Source: Acidobacteriota bacterium (GTDB lineage: Bacteria > Acidobacteriota > Thermoanaerobaculia > Multivoradales > UBA5704). Taken from it: a stretch of 64,000 bases of DNA. Positions 38,301-48,138 of the stretch are shown here, piece by piece (the stretch's first letter is position 1; every line of letters starts with the position of its first letter). Location of the stretch: contig JBDTZG010000014.1 of NCBI GenBank assembly GCA_040005235.1, positions 32,001 through 96,000 of the forward strand, in the 5' to 3' direction. The position numbers and the translations under genes were made by a program. Under the pieces are notes generated by a model that worked only from the letters and a program-made list of their open reading frames with translations, ran no database searches and was not told the origin of the DNA.

Positions 38301-41300
38301 CGGCATCGGTATTCGGGACAGCTTTTTCGATCTCGGCGGCCACTCGATCTCGGCGACTCAGATGGCGGCACGCGTTCGAGCCGCATTCGGGGTTGACCTG
38401 ACGCTTCGTGCTGTTTTCGATCACCCTACGATCGTCGAGATTGCAGAAGCGATCGAAGGTTTGCGCAGCGAGAGCCGGGCGCGAAGCCTGCCGCCGATGG
38501 TGATGCAGCCCCGAAACTTGCCGCTACCCCTGTCGTTCGCCCAACGCAGACTCTGGTTCCTCGATCAGCTCCAGCCGGGCAATGCCGCCTATAACGTCGG
38601 CCTTGCCTTTTCCCTCGCCGGTCGCCTCAGCCTGCCGATTCTGATCGAAGCGCTGAACGCCGTGCTGCGGCGCCACGAGGTGTTGCGAACGACGTTTGCG
38701 CGGGTCGACGGCGAGCCGATGCAGACGATCGCGCCAGAGCTCAAGCTGACGCTGCCCTTGGTAGATCTGGCCGGTCTCGAGACGGGCAGACGCGAGCGGA
38801 TCGTCGCGCGATTGGCCTCCGCGGTGGCGGGTCTTTCTTTTGATCTGGTCCGCGGACCGCTCGTGCGCGCTTTGGTGGTGCGTGGCGGCGCTGTCGATCA
38901 CACCGCGGTCGTCGCCCTCCATCACATTGTGACCGACGGATGGTCGACGAGGATCTTGTTGCGTGAGCTGGCCGCGTTCTACCGGATGAAATTGCAGCGG
39001 AGTCCGATGGACCTTCCCGATCTGCCGATCCAATACGCCGATTTTGCGTACTGGCAGCGTCAGTGGTTGCAGGGCGAGGAGTTGAATGCCCAGCTCGCTT
39101 ATTGGCGCAGCCGGCTCGAAGCCCTGTCGGTGCTTCAGCTACCGACCGATCGTCCACGGCCGCCTCTCCAGAGCTTTCGGGGGGCGGCTCAGGCTTTGGT
39201 CCTGCCCGCGCGGGTGGTAGAGAGCCTAGCGCTCATCGGCCGCCGGAACGGCGCCAGCCTATTCATGGTTCTCGTCGCGGCTTTCAGCTGTCTTCTCGCC
39301 CGGCTCAGCGGGTCACGCGACATCGCTATCGGCGTACCGATTGCCGGCCGCAGCCGTCCGGAGGTCGAAGGGCTCATCGGCCTCTTCGTCAACACCTTGG
39401 TACTGCGAGCCGATTTCAGCGGGAAGCCTGGACTCGGAGCGGTCATCGAGAGAATCCGCGAGGCGGTGCTCGGTGCGTCCGCATCCCAGTATCTACCCTT
39501 TGAGCAATTGGTCGAATCTCTCCAGCTTGAGCGTGACCTCAGTCAGAATCCCCTCTTCCAAGTCATGCTCATTCTCCAAAATCTTCCGCAGAATGAGATC
39601 GAGATCGAGGGATTGGCACTGCGGACTCTGCCGGTGAAGACAGGAACCGCCAAGCTTGACCTCTCCCTCGACTTGATGGAAACGGCGAATGGCTTGGTCG
39701 GCGCCTTCGAGTACAACTCCGATCTGTTCGAGCCTGCAACGATCGAGCGTTGGGCGCGTCACTTTACGACCCTCCTGGAGTCGGGCTTGGAGAGCCCCGA
39801 CAGATCCTTCTCGGAGCTCGATATGTTGAGCGAAGGGGAGCGGGGGCAGATCCTGGAACGATGGAACGAGACCGGTGTGACCTACCGGTTATTGACGTTG
39901 CATCAATTGATCGAGGAACAGGTGGCCCGCACTCCAGAGGCTCCTGCACTGGTCTTCGAAGGCGAGCGGATTTCGTATTCCGAGATGGATCGCCGGGCGG
40001 AGCTGTGGGCGCGCCATCTGCGGAACCTCGGCATAGGGCCGGAGATGCCGGTGGGAATCTGCGCCGAGCGCTCGATGGAAATGGTCATCGGGATGCTCGC
40101 GATTCTTAAAGCCGGCGGTGCTTACCTACCGCTCGATCCCAGCCTACCGTCGAAACGCCTGGCATTCATGATGCGAGATGCGGGCTTGCGGCTGGTCCTG
40201 ACTCAGGAACGACTCCTGGGTAGACTGCCGAAGGATTGGGAAGGGCGCTACCTCTGTCTTGATGGCGAGGTACCGACCGATACCGGAATCAACGCGCCGA
40301 CGGTGGTCGACCTTGCCAATCTGGCCTATATCATTTACACCTCGGGCTCGACCGGTTTTCCGAAAGGTGTGATGATCTCGCACGCTGCCATCGCCAACCG
40401 GTTGCTTTGGATGCAGAATGCCTATCGGTTGAGCTCAGAAGACCGCGTCCTCCAGAAGACTCCCTATACTTTCGACGTCTCGGTATGGGAGTTCTTCTGG
40501 CCGCTGCTCGTCGGCGCGACTCTGGTCATCGCCCGGCCCGAGGGGCATATGGACGCCTCCTACCTGGCCTCGCTGATCGCCGCCGAGAAAATCACCACGC
40601 TGCACTTCGTGCCGTCCATGCTGCAGGTGTTCTTGGAAGAGCCGAAGGCGGCCGAGTGCCAATCGCTGCGCCTGATCATCTGTAGCGGCGAGGCTCTATC
40701 CGTCGAGTTGGCAAACCGCTGCCTCTCCCGCTTCTCTCCGTTGGGTGTCGAGCTTCACAACCTCTATGGGCCCACGGAAGCCTCGGTAGACGTCAGTTTC
40801 TGGGAATGCCGTCCGGCAGAGCGGCTGCCCACAACGCCGATCGGGCGGCCGATTGCGAACACGCGGCTTTACGTCGTCGACCTAGAAGGAATGCCGGTTC
40901 CCGTTGGGGTTCCGGGTGAGCTTTTGATCGGCGGCGCCGGACTGGGCCGGGGATATCTCGGGCGAGCCGAGCAGACCGCGGAAAGGTTCGTTCCTGATCC
41001 CTTCGGTGTGGATCCAGGGGGCCGGCTCTATCGAACGGGCGACCTTTCCTGCTTCCTTGCGGACGGCGACATCGAGTTTCGGGGCCGCATCGACTTTCAG
41101 GTGAAAATTCGAGGTTTCCGGATCGAGCTGGGCGAAATCGAGTCGGTCCTTGAGCGCCACGCCGGTGTACGGCAGGCGGTGGCGGTTGCCGTACCGATCG
41201 CCGGTGACCCTCGGTTGGTGGCTTATGTAGTTTCCGAGGAAGAGAGCGCGCCAACTCAGGCCGAGCTGCGAACGCATCTCGCGGCAAATCTCCCCGACTA

Positions 41301-44300
41301 CATGATCCCCGCGGCGATCGTGCTCGTGCCGGCTTTTCCTCTTTCGGCCAACGGTAAGGTAGACCGCCGTGCTCTTCCTGTACCAGGCGCCGTGGAGCCC
41401 GGCGAAAGCGACGACTTCGCGACGCCCCGAACGCCTATTGAAGAGATCATCGCCGGCCTCTGGCAGCAACTCCTGGGCCGTCAGCGGGTCGGGCGAAACG
41501 AGAGCTTCTTCCAACTCGGCGGCCATTCCCTGTTGGCCACCCAAGTTCTCTCGCGATTGCGCGACAACCTCGGCGTGGAACTGCCGTTGCGAACCTTTTT
41601 CGAAGGACCGTCGATCGCCGAGCTTGCCGTGGAGGTAGAGCGGGCCCGCGGAGGTCAGCAACAACCTCTGCCGCCCCTCCGACCGATGAAACGCCAGGGC
41701 GTCGTGCCGCTTTCCTTCGCCCAGGAGCGGGTTTGGTTCGTCGAACAGCTCGTGACCGACAACCCCGTCTACAACATTTCAGCCATTCTCGGCCTCTCAG
41801 GGGATCTCGATGTCCTTTCGTTGGCGGCCTCTTTCAGCGCGATCGTGAGACGGCACGAGGCGCTTCGAACCACCTTTCACGAGGTGGCGGGAGAAGCGAT
41901 GCAGCGCGTCGGTCCGGTGACAGCCGTGGCGATACCCGTCATCGATTTAGGCGGTCTTGCCGAGCCGATACGAAGCGTCGAATCGCACCATCTGCAAGTG
42001 GCTGAGGCACGACGCCCGTTCGATTTGGAGCGCGGCCCGTTGCTGCGAGTGCGCCTTTTGGGTCTGGACCGCTACGACAATCTGGTCCTCTTCACGGTTC
42101 ACCACATCGTCTCCGATGCCTGGTCCATGAACATCTTCAGCCGGGAGCTCGCGGCACATTACGCCGCTCTCCGCTCCGGCGCGCAGGATGCGCTTCCGGA
42201 GTTGCCGATTCAGTACGCCGACTATGCCGCTTGGCAGCGTGACTGGCTGACTGACGAAGTCTTGGAACGCGAGCTGTCTTTTCTCGGCGAGCGGCTTACC
42301 GGCCTTCCCAACCTGGACCTGCCGACCGACCGGCCGCGGCCGCCGCTCCAGTCATTCCGTGGCGATCGCCGTTCTCGCGTACTGCCCGCAGACACTCTGG
42401 GCCTCTTGCAGGCTTTAGGCTCAGCTTCGGGAACGACGCCTTTCATGGCGCTCCTCTCGGTCTTCGAAGCGCTGATGGGGCGTTATTCCGGCCAGGAGTC
42501 CGCCGGGATCGGTGTTCCTATCGCGAACCGGCGCCGGACCGAGGTGGAGCCGCTCATCGGGTTCTTCGTCAACCTGCTGGTCCTGCGAATGGACCTCACG
42601 GGGGAGCCGACCTGTCTCGATCTCCTCACGCGGGTTCGCGCCACGGCGCTCGATGCCTTTATGCATCAGGACATCCCTTTCGAGGTCTTGGTGAGTCACC
42701 TTCGGCCGGAGCGCGATCTGAGTCGAAATCCACTGGTGCAAGTGGCGTTTCAACTCCTGCACAGCCCGGGTGGCCAGAGCGTACTTCCGGGACTGACGCT
42801 GACCCGTCCTCAGCAGCAAGGCGCGGTGGTTCGCTTCGACCTCGAGTTGGTCGCCTCCGAGGTCGGAGGTCGACTGCTCACTCATTTGGACTATTGCAGC
42901 GATCTGTTCGAGGAGGCGACGGCGGAACGGATGCTCGGCCACTTCGAGAACCTTGTGACGGCGTTTCTGAGAGATTCTTCGGTCCGGCTTTCCGAGTTGG
43001 AGCTGCTTTCCGCGACCGAGAGAGAGCAACTCCTGCTCGTATGGAACGATCCGAAAGCCGCTTTGCCCGGCGTCGACACTCTGCATGGTCTCTTCGAGGC
43101 GCAGGCGGCGGTTCGGCCCAAAGCGCCCGCAGTGCTTTTCGAGCTCGATGAGATGTCGTACGGCGAGCTTAACGCTGCGGCAAACCGCTTGGCTCACCAC
43201 TTGCGAGGGCTGGGAGTCGGGCCGGAGACGTTGGTCGGCGTGTGGACGGAGCGGTCGGTCGGCTTGATCGTGGGCTTACTCGGTGTGCTCAAAGCCGGCG
43301 GTGCCTACGTCCCTCTCGACCCGGCCAATCCGCGGGACCGCCTGACCTACATGATGGATGACGCCGGGATTTCGGTCCTCTTGGCACAGCGGAGTCTCGT
43401 CGGCGAGCTGCCGCGGTTGGTCAAGGCATTTGTCGATATCGACGATCCGGGTAGCTGGAAGGGTTCGACGGAGAATCCGCCGCCGTCCGCGACCGCCGAA
43501 AACCTTGCCTATGTAATCTATACCTCCGGTTCCACCGGCCAGCCGAAGGGTGTGATGGTTACTCATGGGCAGGTGAGCCGCCTATTCACCGCTACCCGGA
43601 AATGGTTCGGTTTTGACGAGAAGGATACCTGGGCTCTGTTCCATTCCTATGCCTTCGACTTCTCGGTTTGGGAGTTGTGGGGGGCGCTCCTCCATGGAGG
43701 CCGGTTGGTCGTGGTGCCGTATTGGGCGAGTCGTTCGCCCGAGGCCTTCCACAAGTTGGTCGCGGGAGAAGGCGTCACGGTCCTCAACCAGACGCCCTCC
43801 GCCTTCCAGGAGTTGATCCGTAGCGAAGAGGATCTCGGACGGGTCGATGCCGCCGGCGGGCTTCGCCTGGTCATTTTCGGCGGCGAAGCGCTCAATCTGT
43901 CTGCCCTTCGACCGTGGATCGAGCGCCACGGCGAGAGCAAGCCGCTCCTGGTCAACATGTACGGCATAACGGAGACCACGGTTCACGTCACCTACCGCCC
44001 GGTGTCCTCGGTCGATCTCGGTAGCGACAGGAGCCCTATCGGCGTGCCTATTGCGGACCTCCGGGTTCACTTGGTGGACCGTGCATTGCAGCTCGTGCCC
44101 CTCGGGGTTCCAGGAGAGATGCTTGTCGGAGGATCCGGAGTCGCCCGAGGCTACCTTGCGAGACCCGAGCTGACAGCCGGGCGCTTTTTGCCCGACCCGT
44201 TCGAAGCCGCACCCGGGGCGCGCGTGTACCGCTCAGGCGATCTGGCGCGACGCTTGGTGAACGGTGAGCTTGAATATCTGGGCCGGATCGACCACCAGGT

Positions 44301-47300
44301 CAAGATTCGCGGATTCCGTATCGAGCTTGGGGAGATTGCCGCGCGGCTCGCTCAGCATCCTGGGGTGGAAAACGTGCTCGTCGACGTGCACGCCGACCTG
44401 ATCACCGGTCCTCAGATCGTGGCTTATGTAGTGCCATTTCGGGAGCACGGCCTTGGGCCGGAGCTGATTGCGGAGCTACGGAGCCTGGCACGCCAGCACC
44501 TTCCCGACTACATGGTACCTGCCGCCTTTGTGCTCCTCGACGAAATTCCCCTGACCGCCAACGGCAAGGCGGATCGAAAGGCTCTGGCAGCCTTGCGCGT
44601 CGTGACGGAAGAAGCCGTCCATACCGCGCCGCGTACGCCGATGGAGGCGGTGATCGCGGGGATTTGGGGCGAGCTGCTCAACCGGGAGCGGGTCGGTGTC
44701 GAAGAGAGCTTCTTCGACCTGGGAGGGCATTCTCTGCTCGCCTCGCGGGCGATTGGGCGGATCGGCCGAATTTTTCACGTCGACGTCCCTTTGCGAACCA
44801 TCTTCGAAACGCCCACGGTCGGGGGACTCGCGGAGCATGTGAGGCAGTTGTTGGAGGAGGGCGAAACGCCCCCATCGCCGCCGATCGAGCCGGTTCCACG
44901 CGACCGGGATCTGCTGCTTTCCTTTGCCCAGCAGAGGATCTGGTTCCTCGATCAGCTCATGCCGGGCAGCTTCGCCTACAACATGCCGGTGGTGATTCGC
45001 TTCCATGGAGGCCTGGGCATCGAAACCTTTGGCCGCTGCCTGACTGAGCTGGTGGCCCGTCATGAGACGTTGCGCACCACGTTCCAGTTGGCCAATGGGC
45101 AGCCGGTGCAGATCATCGCTCCGCCGTCACCTTGTCGGTTACCGCGGATCGACCTTCGCGCCCTGCCTGCCGACGGACGCAATGCTCTGTCGGTTCGGCT
45201 GGCCCGCCAAGAAGTCGAGCGTCCCTTCGACCTGCGCCGGGGACCGTTGCTGCGGGTTGCGCTGGTGCAGGTCGCTGAGGAGAGGAACCTGCTGATCTTG
45301 GCGATTCACCACATCGTCTGCGACGGCTGGTCCATGGGGATTTTCGTTCGAGAGACGATCGCTCTCTATCGGTCGTTTACCTCCGGCGATCCATCGCCGT
45401 TTACGCCTCTGCCCTTGCAATTCGCGGACTTCTCCGACTGGCAGCGCCGCTGGCTTTCCGGCGCTTCCTTGGAGTCCCATCTCGCTTACTGGCGACGACA
45501 GCTTGGCGACGATCCTCCTCCTCTAGATTTACCCACCGACCGGCCGCGCCCGTTGGCGCAGACGAACAACGGGAAGAGCCTCAGCCTGGCTTTCTCGCCC
45601 GCCCTCACCCTGCAATTGAAGCAGCTCGCCCGGCAAGAGGGAGCGACTCCGTTTCTGGTCCTCCTCTCGGCCTTCAAGGTGCTTCTGGCCCGCTACTCGG
45701 GTCAGAACGATCTCACGGTCGGCGCGCCGGTGGCCGGGCGCAACCGGATCGAGACCGAGGGGATGATCGGGCTGTTCATCAACACCCTGGCGATGCGCAC
45801 GGACCTGGCGGGTCGCCCCAGCTTCCAGGAGGTCGTTAGGCGGGTTCGCGATGTGTCGCTGGCGGCGCTGGCCTACCAGGATCTGCCCTTCGAGAAACTG
45901 GTCGAAGAGTTGCGACCGCGGCGCAGCCTCGACCGTTCGCCCTTCTTCCAAGTGCTGTTCAATCTCCAGAACACGCCGGAAAGCGCGAGCAACCTGCCGG
46001 GGTTGGATTTGGAGTTCATCGACCTTGAGTCGCGGAGCTCCAAGTTCGACCTCTCCCTCTCCCTCTCCGAGCGGCTGGGGACGTTCGGCGGATCGCTGGA
46101 GTTCAATAGCGACCTCTTCGATTCCGCCTCCGCACAGCGGCTCGTCGGCCATCTCGAGACCCTGTTGGGCAACGCCGTTGCGCTGCCCGAGCACCCGTTT
46201 CCCGAGCTCGGAATTCTCCCGTCCTCCGAGCGTCTTCAGCTCGTCCAGGAGGCGAGCGACACCGGGAGCAGGATTCGCCCGTCGTGCCTCCACGAGCTCT
46301 TCGAGGAGCAGGTGCAGTATCGGCCGGACGCATCCGCCGTCGCCTTCCAGGAGGGTTGTCTTACCTACCGAGAGCTCAATGAAAGGGCGGACCAATGGGC
46401 GCGGCGCCTTCGTTCCCTCGGTGTCGGCCCTGAGGTCTATGTCGGGATCTGTGTGGATCGTTCCCTGGAAATGCTGATCGGTTTGCTGGCGGTGCTCAAA
46501 GCCGGCGGTGCCTATCTACCGATGGACCCTTCCTATCCGGCTTCCCGCCTGGCCTACATGATCGAGGACGCCCGGGTCTCGGTCATCCTGACGCGAGGCG
46601 GCGCCTCCTCCTCGTTCCCTGCCTCATCGGCGATCGTCGTCGACCTCGACGAAACGTTGGAGAGAACCGACGATCGGTGGGCCGGTCGACCGATCGGGAT
46701 CGCCACGCCGCAGAACCTTGCGTATGTCATCTACACCTCGGGCTCCACAGGGCAGCCGAAGGGCGTACAGATCTCGCACCTGGCCCTGGTCAACTTCCTC
46801 GATTCCATGGTGGAGCGGCCTGGGATCTCCTCGGGTGAGCGGCTCGGGGCCGTGACTTCGCTCTCCTTCGACATTGCCGGTCTGGAGCTTTTCTTGCCAC
46901 TGCTCGCCGGAGCCGAGGTGGTGGTCGTCGATCGCGAAACCGCATCGGATGCCCTCGGATTGAGACGTCTACTTGCAGATCGAGAGATCACTTTGATGCA
47001 GGCGACGCCCTCCACTTGGCGCATGTTGACCGAGTCGGGATGGGAGGGACGAAGCGGTCTCAAGATCTTGTGCGGCGGCGAAGCTCTCGCCCAAGACCTC
47101 GCCCGATCCTTGGCCGTCCGTGGCGCATCGCTCTGGAACATGTATGGCCCGACCGAGACGACGATCTGGTCGGCGATGTCATCCGTTGGCGTAGCGGATC
47201 GCACGATCTCCCTCGGCCGTCCGATCGCCAACACTCAGATCCATTGCCTGGACCGAGATCTTGATCTGGTTCCCTACAACGTTGCCGGCGAGGTTTACAT

Positions 47301-48138
47301 CGGCGGAGAGGGGCTTTCCCGCGGGTATCTCGGACGCCCCGCGCTCACCGCCGAGCGTTTCATCCCCGATCCTTACGGAACCGCCCCCGGAGCACGTCTC
47401 TACAAGACCGGTGACCTTTCCCGGCGATCGGCTCACGGCGACATCGAGTTCTTGGGGCGCATCGACTTTCAGGTCAAGGTGCGGGGCTATCGAATCGAGC
47501 TCGGCGAGATCGAAGCGGCCCTCCACCAACACCCCGCCGTGCGGGACACGGTCGTACTGGCACGGGAGGATGGCGGCGGCACGCACAGATTGGTGGCCTA
47601 TTGGGTGCCCCGAGAGGGTTTGGATGCCACCGTGAGCGAGCTTTTGGCCCACGTGCGTAGTCACCTTCCGGAGCAAATGGTGCCGGCCACCTTTATCCGG
47701 CTTGAGTCCTTGCCGCTGACTCCGAACGGAAAAGTCGATCGCCAAGCGCTTCCCGATTCGGCCGGCGACAGGCCCGACCTGGCGAGTGCCTATGTTCCGC
47801 CGTCGAACGAGGTGGAGCAGACGATCGTAGGGATTTGGCAGGAAGCACTGCAGGTCGAGCAGATCGGGGTTCACGACAATTTTTTCGACCTCGGCGGTCA
47901 TTCGCTGCTCATCGTCCAGGTGCAGGGTAGCCTGGTCGATGCTTTTCAGGTCGAGGTGCCGGTGATCGAGCTGTTTCGACATTCGACGGTGGCTTCCCTG
48001 GCCGGCTTCATGACTCGGCAGCGGCCGGAAGAGGTACGGGTGGAGGAGGGGCTTGATCGGGCCGAAAAGCGCCGGGCGGCAATGGCGCGCCGAGGCCGCA
48101 CCGCGACCCGTAGCGGCGATGCGGAGGTGGAGCCTTGA
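35314..48138 (+). CDS. ORF3: NRPS I-A(Gln)-T-C-A(Ser)-T-C-A(Thr)-T-C-A(Gly)-T
   Basis: 4274 aa ORF; an alternative ATG start at 35347 is possible. Degenerate N-terminal C-like domain (HSLCGDG). Codes DAWQFGLIDK, DVWHISLVDK, DFWNIGMVHK, DILQLGMIWK. Four GGHS carriers. Confidence 0.96.
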   Translation: MATSSLTGEERMGPAAVNGYRLSPQQERVWSLSKGESEDHFRATCRVRIAGNLDPEAIAAAARRSVERHEILRTVFRKPFGASHPVQVILDEPTLAFRSVDMSGREAGEQRIWLQQLEEEANAPFDLEHGPLLRCILARLAPADSVLYVTLHSLCGDGPTVLNLVDQMGRTHSSAADDEEPLQYADLAEFFNELLESEEMAPGRKYWLERERSGAQDRDLPFDRTNSPLDAPEVRSAAVAMGGALTVHSGDDVRIADASLSTLLLSAWATVLWRLTGRSDLAISVASEGRAYEGLDVALGLFARSLPLSCRLAPEQSFADLMVSLEGEITKATQWQGSFTWKLLEESRALDGIAPTSFFGFSFLEARSTKRYGDLSFVIERLDSMFDSPRLELIGTVTSERLELRVRASSEVCPPAEAQRLLGQLTTLLENAIANPQRRLIDLPSLSPVERHQLLFEFNDTDVLLTAEQRLDKLVLDQCRRTPNRIAVVEGGRFLTFAALDTQAGRIAGELLRRGIETDEVVGVFLERSLEMVVSILGVLKAGAAYLPLAPDYPQDRLAFMIADARPRLIVTQRRLRPNLEPADVPILSLDEEWRAEPFREQSPEHSLGTAGTLAYVIYTSGSTGRPKGVAVSHSAIGNRLLWMQRRFPIGEDDAVVFKTAFTFDASIWELFVPLLAGARVIVARPGGQQDSRYLVRLVLEHRATVLQLVPSMLRIVVEEPELPECTSLLRLFCGGEAFPGELQRRFAACHTASLHNLYGPTEAAIDAAHWACQPGDAPTYLPLGRPLSGVRIYVLDPRVAEPALRGVPGELCIGGRGLARGYLGRPDLTAERFVPDGQSGSWGERLYRTGDRVRFRASGVLEFLGRIDLQIKIRGYRVELGEIEVSLERHQGVAQAAVELRSNEKGDRLIAYVVPRAEAPDAAELRTFLAESLPDYMIPAAVVLLPALPLLPNGKLDRNALQELSETEGEKSREAPQSLTQEVLCGIWSDVLGVDGIGIRDSFFDLGGHSISATQMAARVRAAFGVDLTLRAVFDHPTIVEIAEAIEGLRSESRARSLPPMVMQPRNLPLPLSFAQRRLWFLDQLQPGNAAYNVGLAFSLAGRLSLPILIEALNAVLRRHEVLRTTFARVDGEPMQTIAPELKLTLPLVDLAGLETGRRERIVARLASAVAGLSFDLVRGPLVRALVVRGGAVDHTAVVALHHIVTDGWSTRILLRELAAFYRMKLQRSPMDLPDLPIQYADFAYWQRQWLQGEELNAQLAYWRSRLEALSVLQLPTDRPRPPLQSFRGAAQALVLPARVVESLALIGRRNGASLFMVLVAAFSCLLARLSGSRDIAIGVPIAGRSRPEVEGLIGLFVNTLVLRADFSGKPGLGAVIERIREAVLGASASQYLPFEQLVESLQLERDLSQNPLFQVMLILQNLPQNEIEIEGLALRTLPVKTGTAKLDLSLDLMETANGLVGAFEYNSDLFEPATIERWARHFTTLLESGLESPDRSFSELDMLSEGERGQILERWNETGVTYRLLTLHQLIEEQVARTPEAPALVFEGERISYSEMDRRAELWARHLRNLGIGPEMPVGICAERSMEMVIGMLAILKAGGAYLPLDPSLPSKRLAFMMRDAGLRLVLTQERLLGRLPKDWEGRYLCLDGEVPTDTGINAPTVVDLANLAYIIYTSGSTGFPKGVMISHAAIANRLLWMQNAYRLSSEDRVLQKTPYTFDVSVWEFFWPLLVGATLVIARPEGHMDASYLASLIAAEKITTLHFVPSMLQVFLEEPKAAECQSLRLIICSGEALSVELANRCLSRFSPLGVELHNLYGPTEASVDVSFWECRPAERLPTTPIGRPIANTRLYVVDLEGMPVPVGVPGELLIGGAGLGRGYLGRAEQTAERFVPDPFGVDPGGRLYRTGDLSCFLADGDIEFRGRIDFQVKIRGFRIELGEIESVLERHAGVRQAVAVAVPIAGDPRLVAYVVSEEESAPTQAELRTHLAANLPDYMIPAAIVLVPAFPLSANGKVDRRALPVPGAVEPGESDDFATPRTPIEEIIAGLWQQLLGRQRVGRNESFFQLGGHSLLATQVLSRLRDNLGVELPLRTFFEGPSIAELAVEVERARGGQQQPLPPLRPMKRQGVVPLSFAQERVWFVEQLVTDNPVYNISAILGLSGDLDVLSLAASFSAIVRRHEALRTTFHEVAGEAMQRVGPVTAVAIPVIDLGGLAEPIRSVESHHLQVAEARRPFDLERGPLLRVRLLGLDRYDNLVLFTVHHIVSDAWSMNIFSRELAAHYAALRSGAQDALPELPIQYADYAAWQRDWLTDEVLERELSFLGERLTGLPNLDLPTDRPRPPLQSFRGDRRSRVLPADTLGLLQALGSASGTTPFMALLSVFEALMGRYSGQESAGIGVPIANRRRTEVEPLIGFFVNLLVLRMDLTGEPTCLDLLTRVRATALDAFMHQDIPFEVLVSHLRPERDLSRNPLVQVAFQLLHSPGGQSVLPGLTLTRPQQQGAVVRFDLELVASEVGGRLLTHLDYCSDLFEEATAERMLGHFENLVTAFLRDSSVRLSELELLSATEREQLLLVWNDPKAALPGVDTLHGLFEAQAAVRPKAPAVLFELDEMSYGELNAAANRLAHHLRGLGVGPETLVGVWTERSVGLIVGLLGVLKAGGAYVPLDPANPRDRLTYMMDDAGISVLLAQRSLVGELPRLVKAFVDIDDPGSWKGSTENPPPSATAENLAYVIYTSGSTGQPKGVMVTHGQVSRLFTATRKWFGFDEKDTWALFHSYAFDFSVWELWGALLHGGRLVVVPYWASRSPEAFHKLVAGEGVTVLNQTPSAFQELIRSEEDLGRVDAAGGLRLVIFGGEALNLSALRPWIERHGESKPLLVNMYGITETTVHVTYRPVSSVDLGSDRSPIGVPIADLRVHLVDRALQLVPLGVPGEMLVGGSGVARGYLARPELTAGRFLPDPFEAAPGARVYRSGDLARRLVNGELEYLGRIDHQVKIRGFRIELGEIAARLAQHPGVENVLVDVHADLITGPQIVAYVVPFREHGLGPELIAELRSLARQHLPDYMVPAAFVLLDEIPLTANGKADRKALAALRVVTEEAVHTAPRTPMEAVIAGIWGELLNRERVGVEESFFDLGGHSLLASRAIGRIGRIFHVDVPLRTIFETPTVGGLAEHVRQLLEEGETPPSPPIEPVPRDRDLLLSFAQQRIWFLDQLMPGSFAYNMPVVIRFHGGLGIETFGRCLTELVARHETLRTTFQLANGQPVQIIAPPSPCRLPRIDLRALPADGRNALSVRLARQEVERPFDLRRGPLLRVALVQVAEERNLLILAIHHIVCDGWSMGIFVRETIALYRSFTSGDPSPFTPLPLQFADFSDWQRRWLSGASLESHLAYWRRQLGDDPPPLDLPTDRPRPLAQTNNGKSLSLAFSPALTLQLKQLARQEGATPFLVLLSAFKVLLARYSGQNDLTVGAPVAGRNRIETEGMIGLFINTLAMRTDLAGRPSFQEVVRRVRDVSLAALAYQDLPFEKLVEELRPRRSLDRSPFFQVLFNLQNTPESASNLPGLDLEFIDLESRSSKFDLSLSLSERLGTFGGSLEFNSDLFDSASAQRLVGHLETLLGNAVALPEHPFPELGILPSSERLQLVQEASDTGSRIRPSCLHELFEEQVQYRPDASAVAFQEGCLTYRELNERADQWARRLRSLGVGPEVYVGICVDRSLEMLIGLLAVLKAGGAYLPMDPSYPASRLAYMIEDARVSVILTRGGASSSFPASSAIVVDLDETLERTDDRWAGRPIGIATPQNLAYVIYTSGSTGQPKGVQISHLALVNFLDSMVERPGISSGERLGAVTSLSFDIAGLELFLPLLAGAEVVVVDRETASDALGLRRLLADREITLMQATPSTWRMLTESGWEGRSGLKILCGGEALAQDLARSLAVRGASLWNMYGPTETTIWSAMSSVGVADRTISLGRPIANTQIHCLDRDLDLVPYNVAGEVYIGGEGLSRGYLGRPALTAERFIPDPYGTAPGARLYKTGDLSRRSAHGDIEFLGRIDFQVKVRGYRIELGEIEAALHQHPAVRDTVVLAREDGGGTHRLVAYWVPREGLDATVSELLAHVRSHLPEQMVPATFIRLESLPLTPNGKVDRQALPDSAGDRPDLASAYVPPSNEVEQTIVGIWQEALQVEQIGVHDNFFDLGGHSLLIVQVQGSLVDAFQVEVPVIELFRHSTVASLAGFMTRQRPEEVRVEEGLDRAEKRRAAMARRGRTATRSGDAEVEP
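35370..36690 (+). other. Interface-like (inactive C) domain 1
   Basis: GYRLSPQQERVW start and RHEILRT. The active site reads LHSLCGDG (35764), lacking the catalytic second His. Confidence 0.78.
48123..48127 (+). promoter_or_regulatory. Shine-Dalgarno site for ORF4 (translationally coupled)
   Basis: GGAGG 7 nt upstream of TTG 48135. The start overlaps the ORF3 stop (TTGA). Confidence 0.7.

Noticed and set aside
46051-46068. (ctctcc)x3 microsatellite
   Set aside because: In-frame coding for LSLSLS in a C-domain beta-strand; too short to be meaningful.
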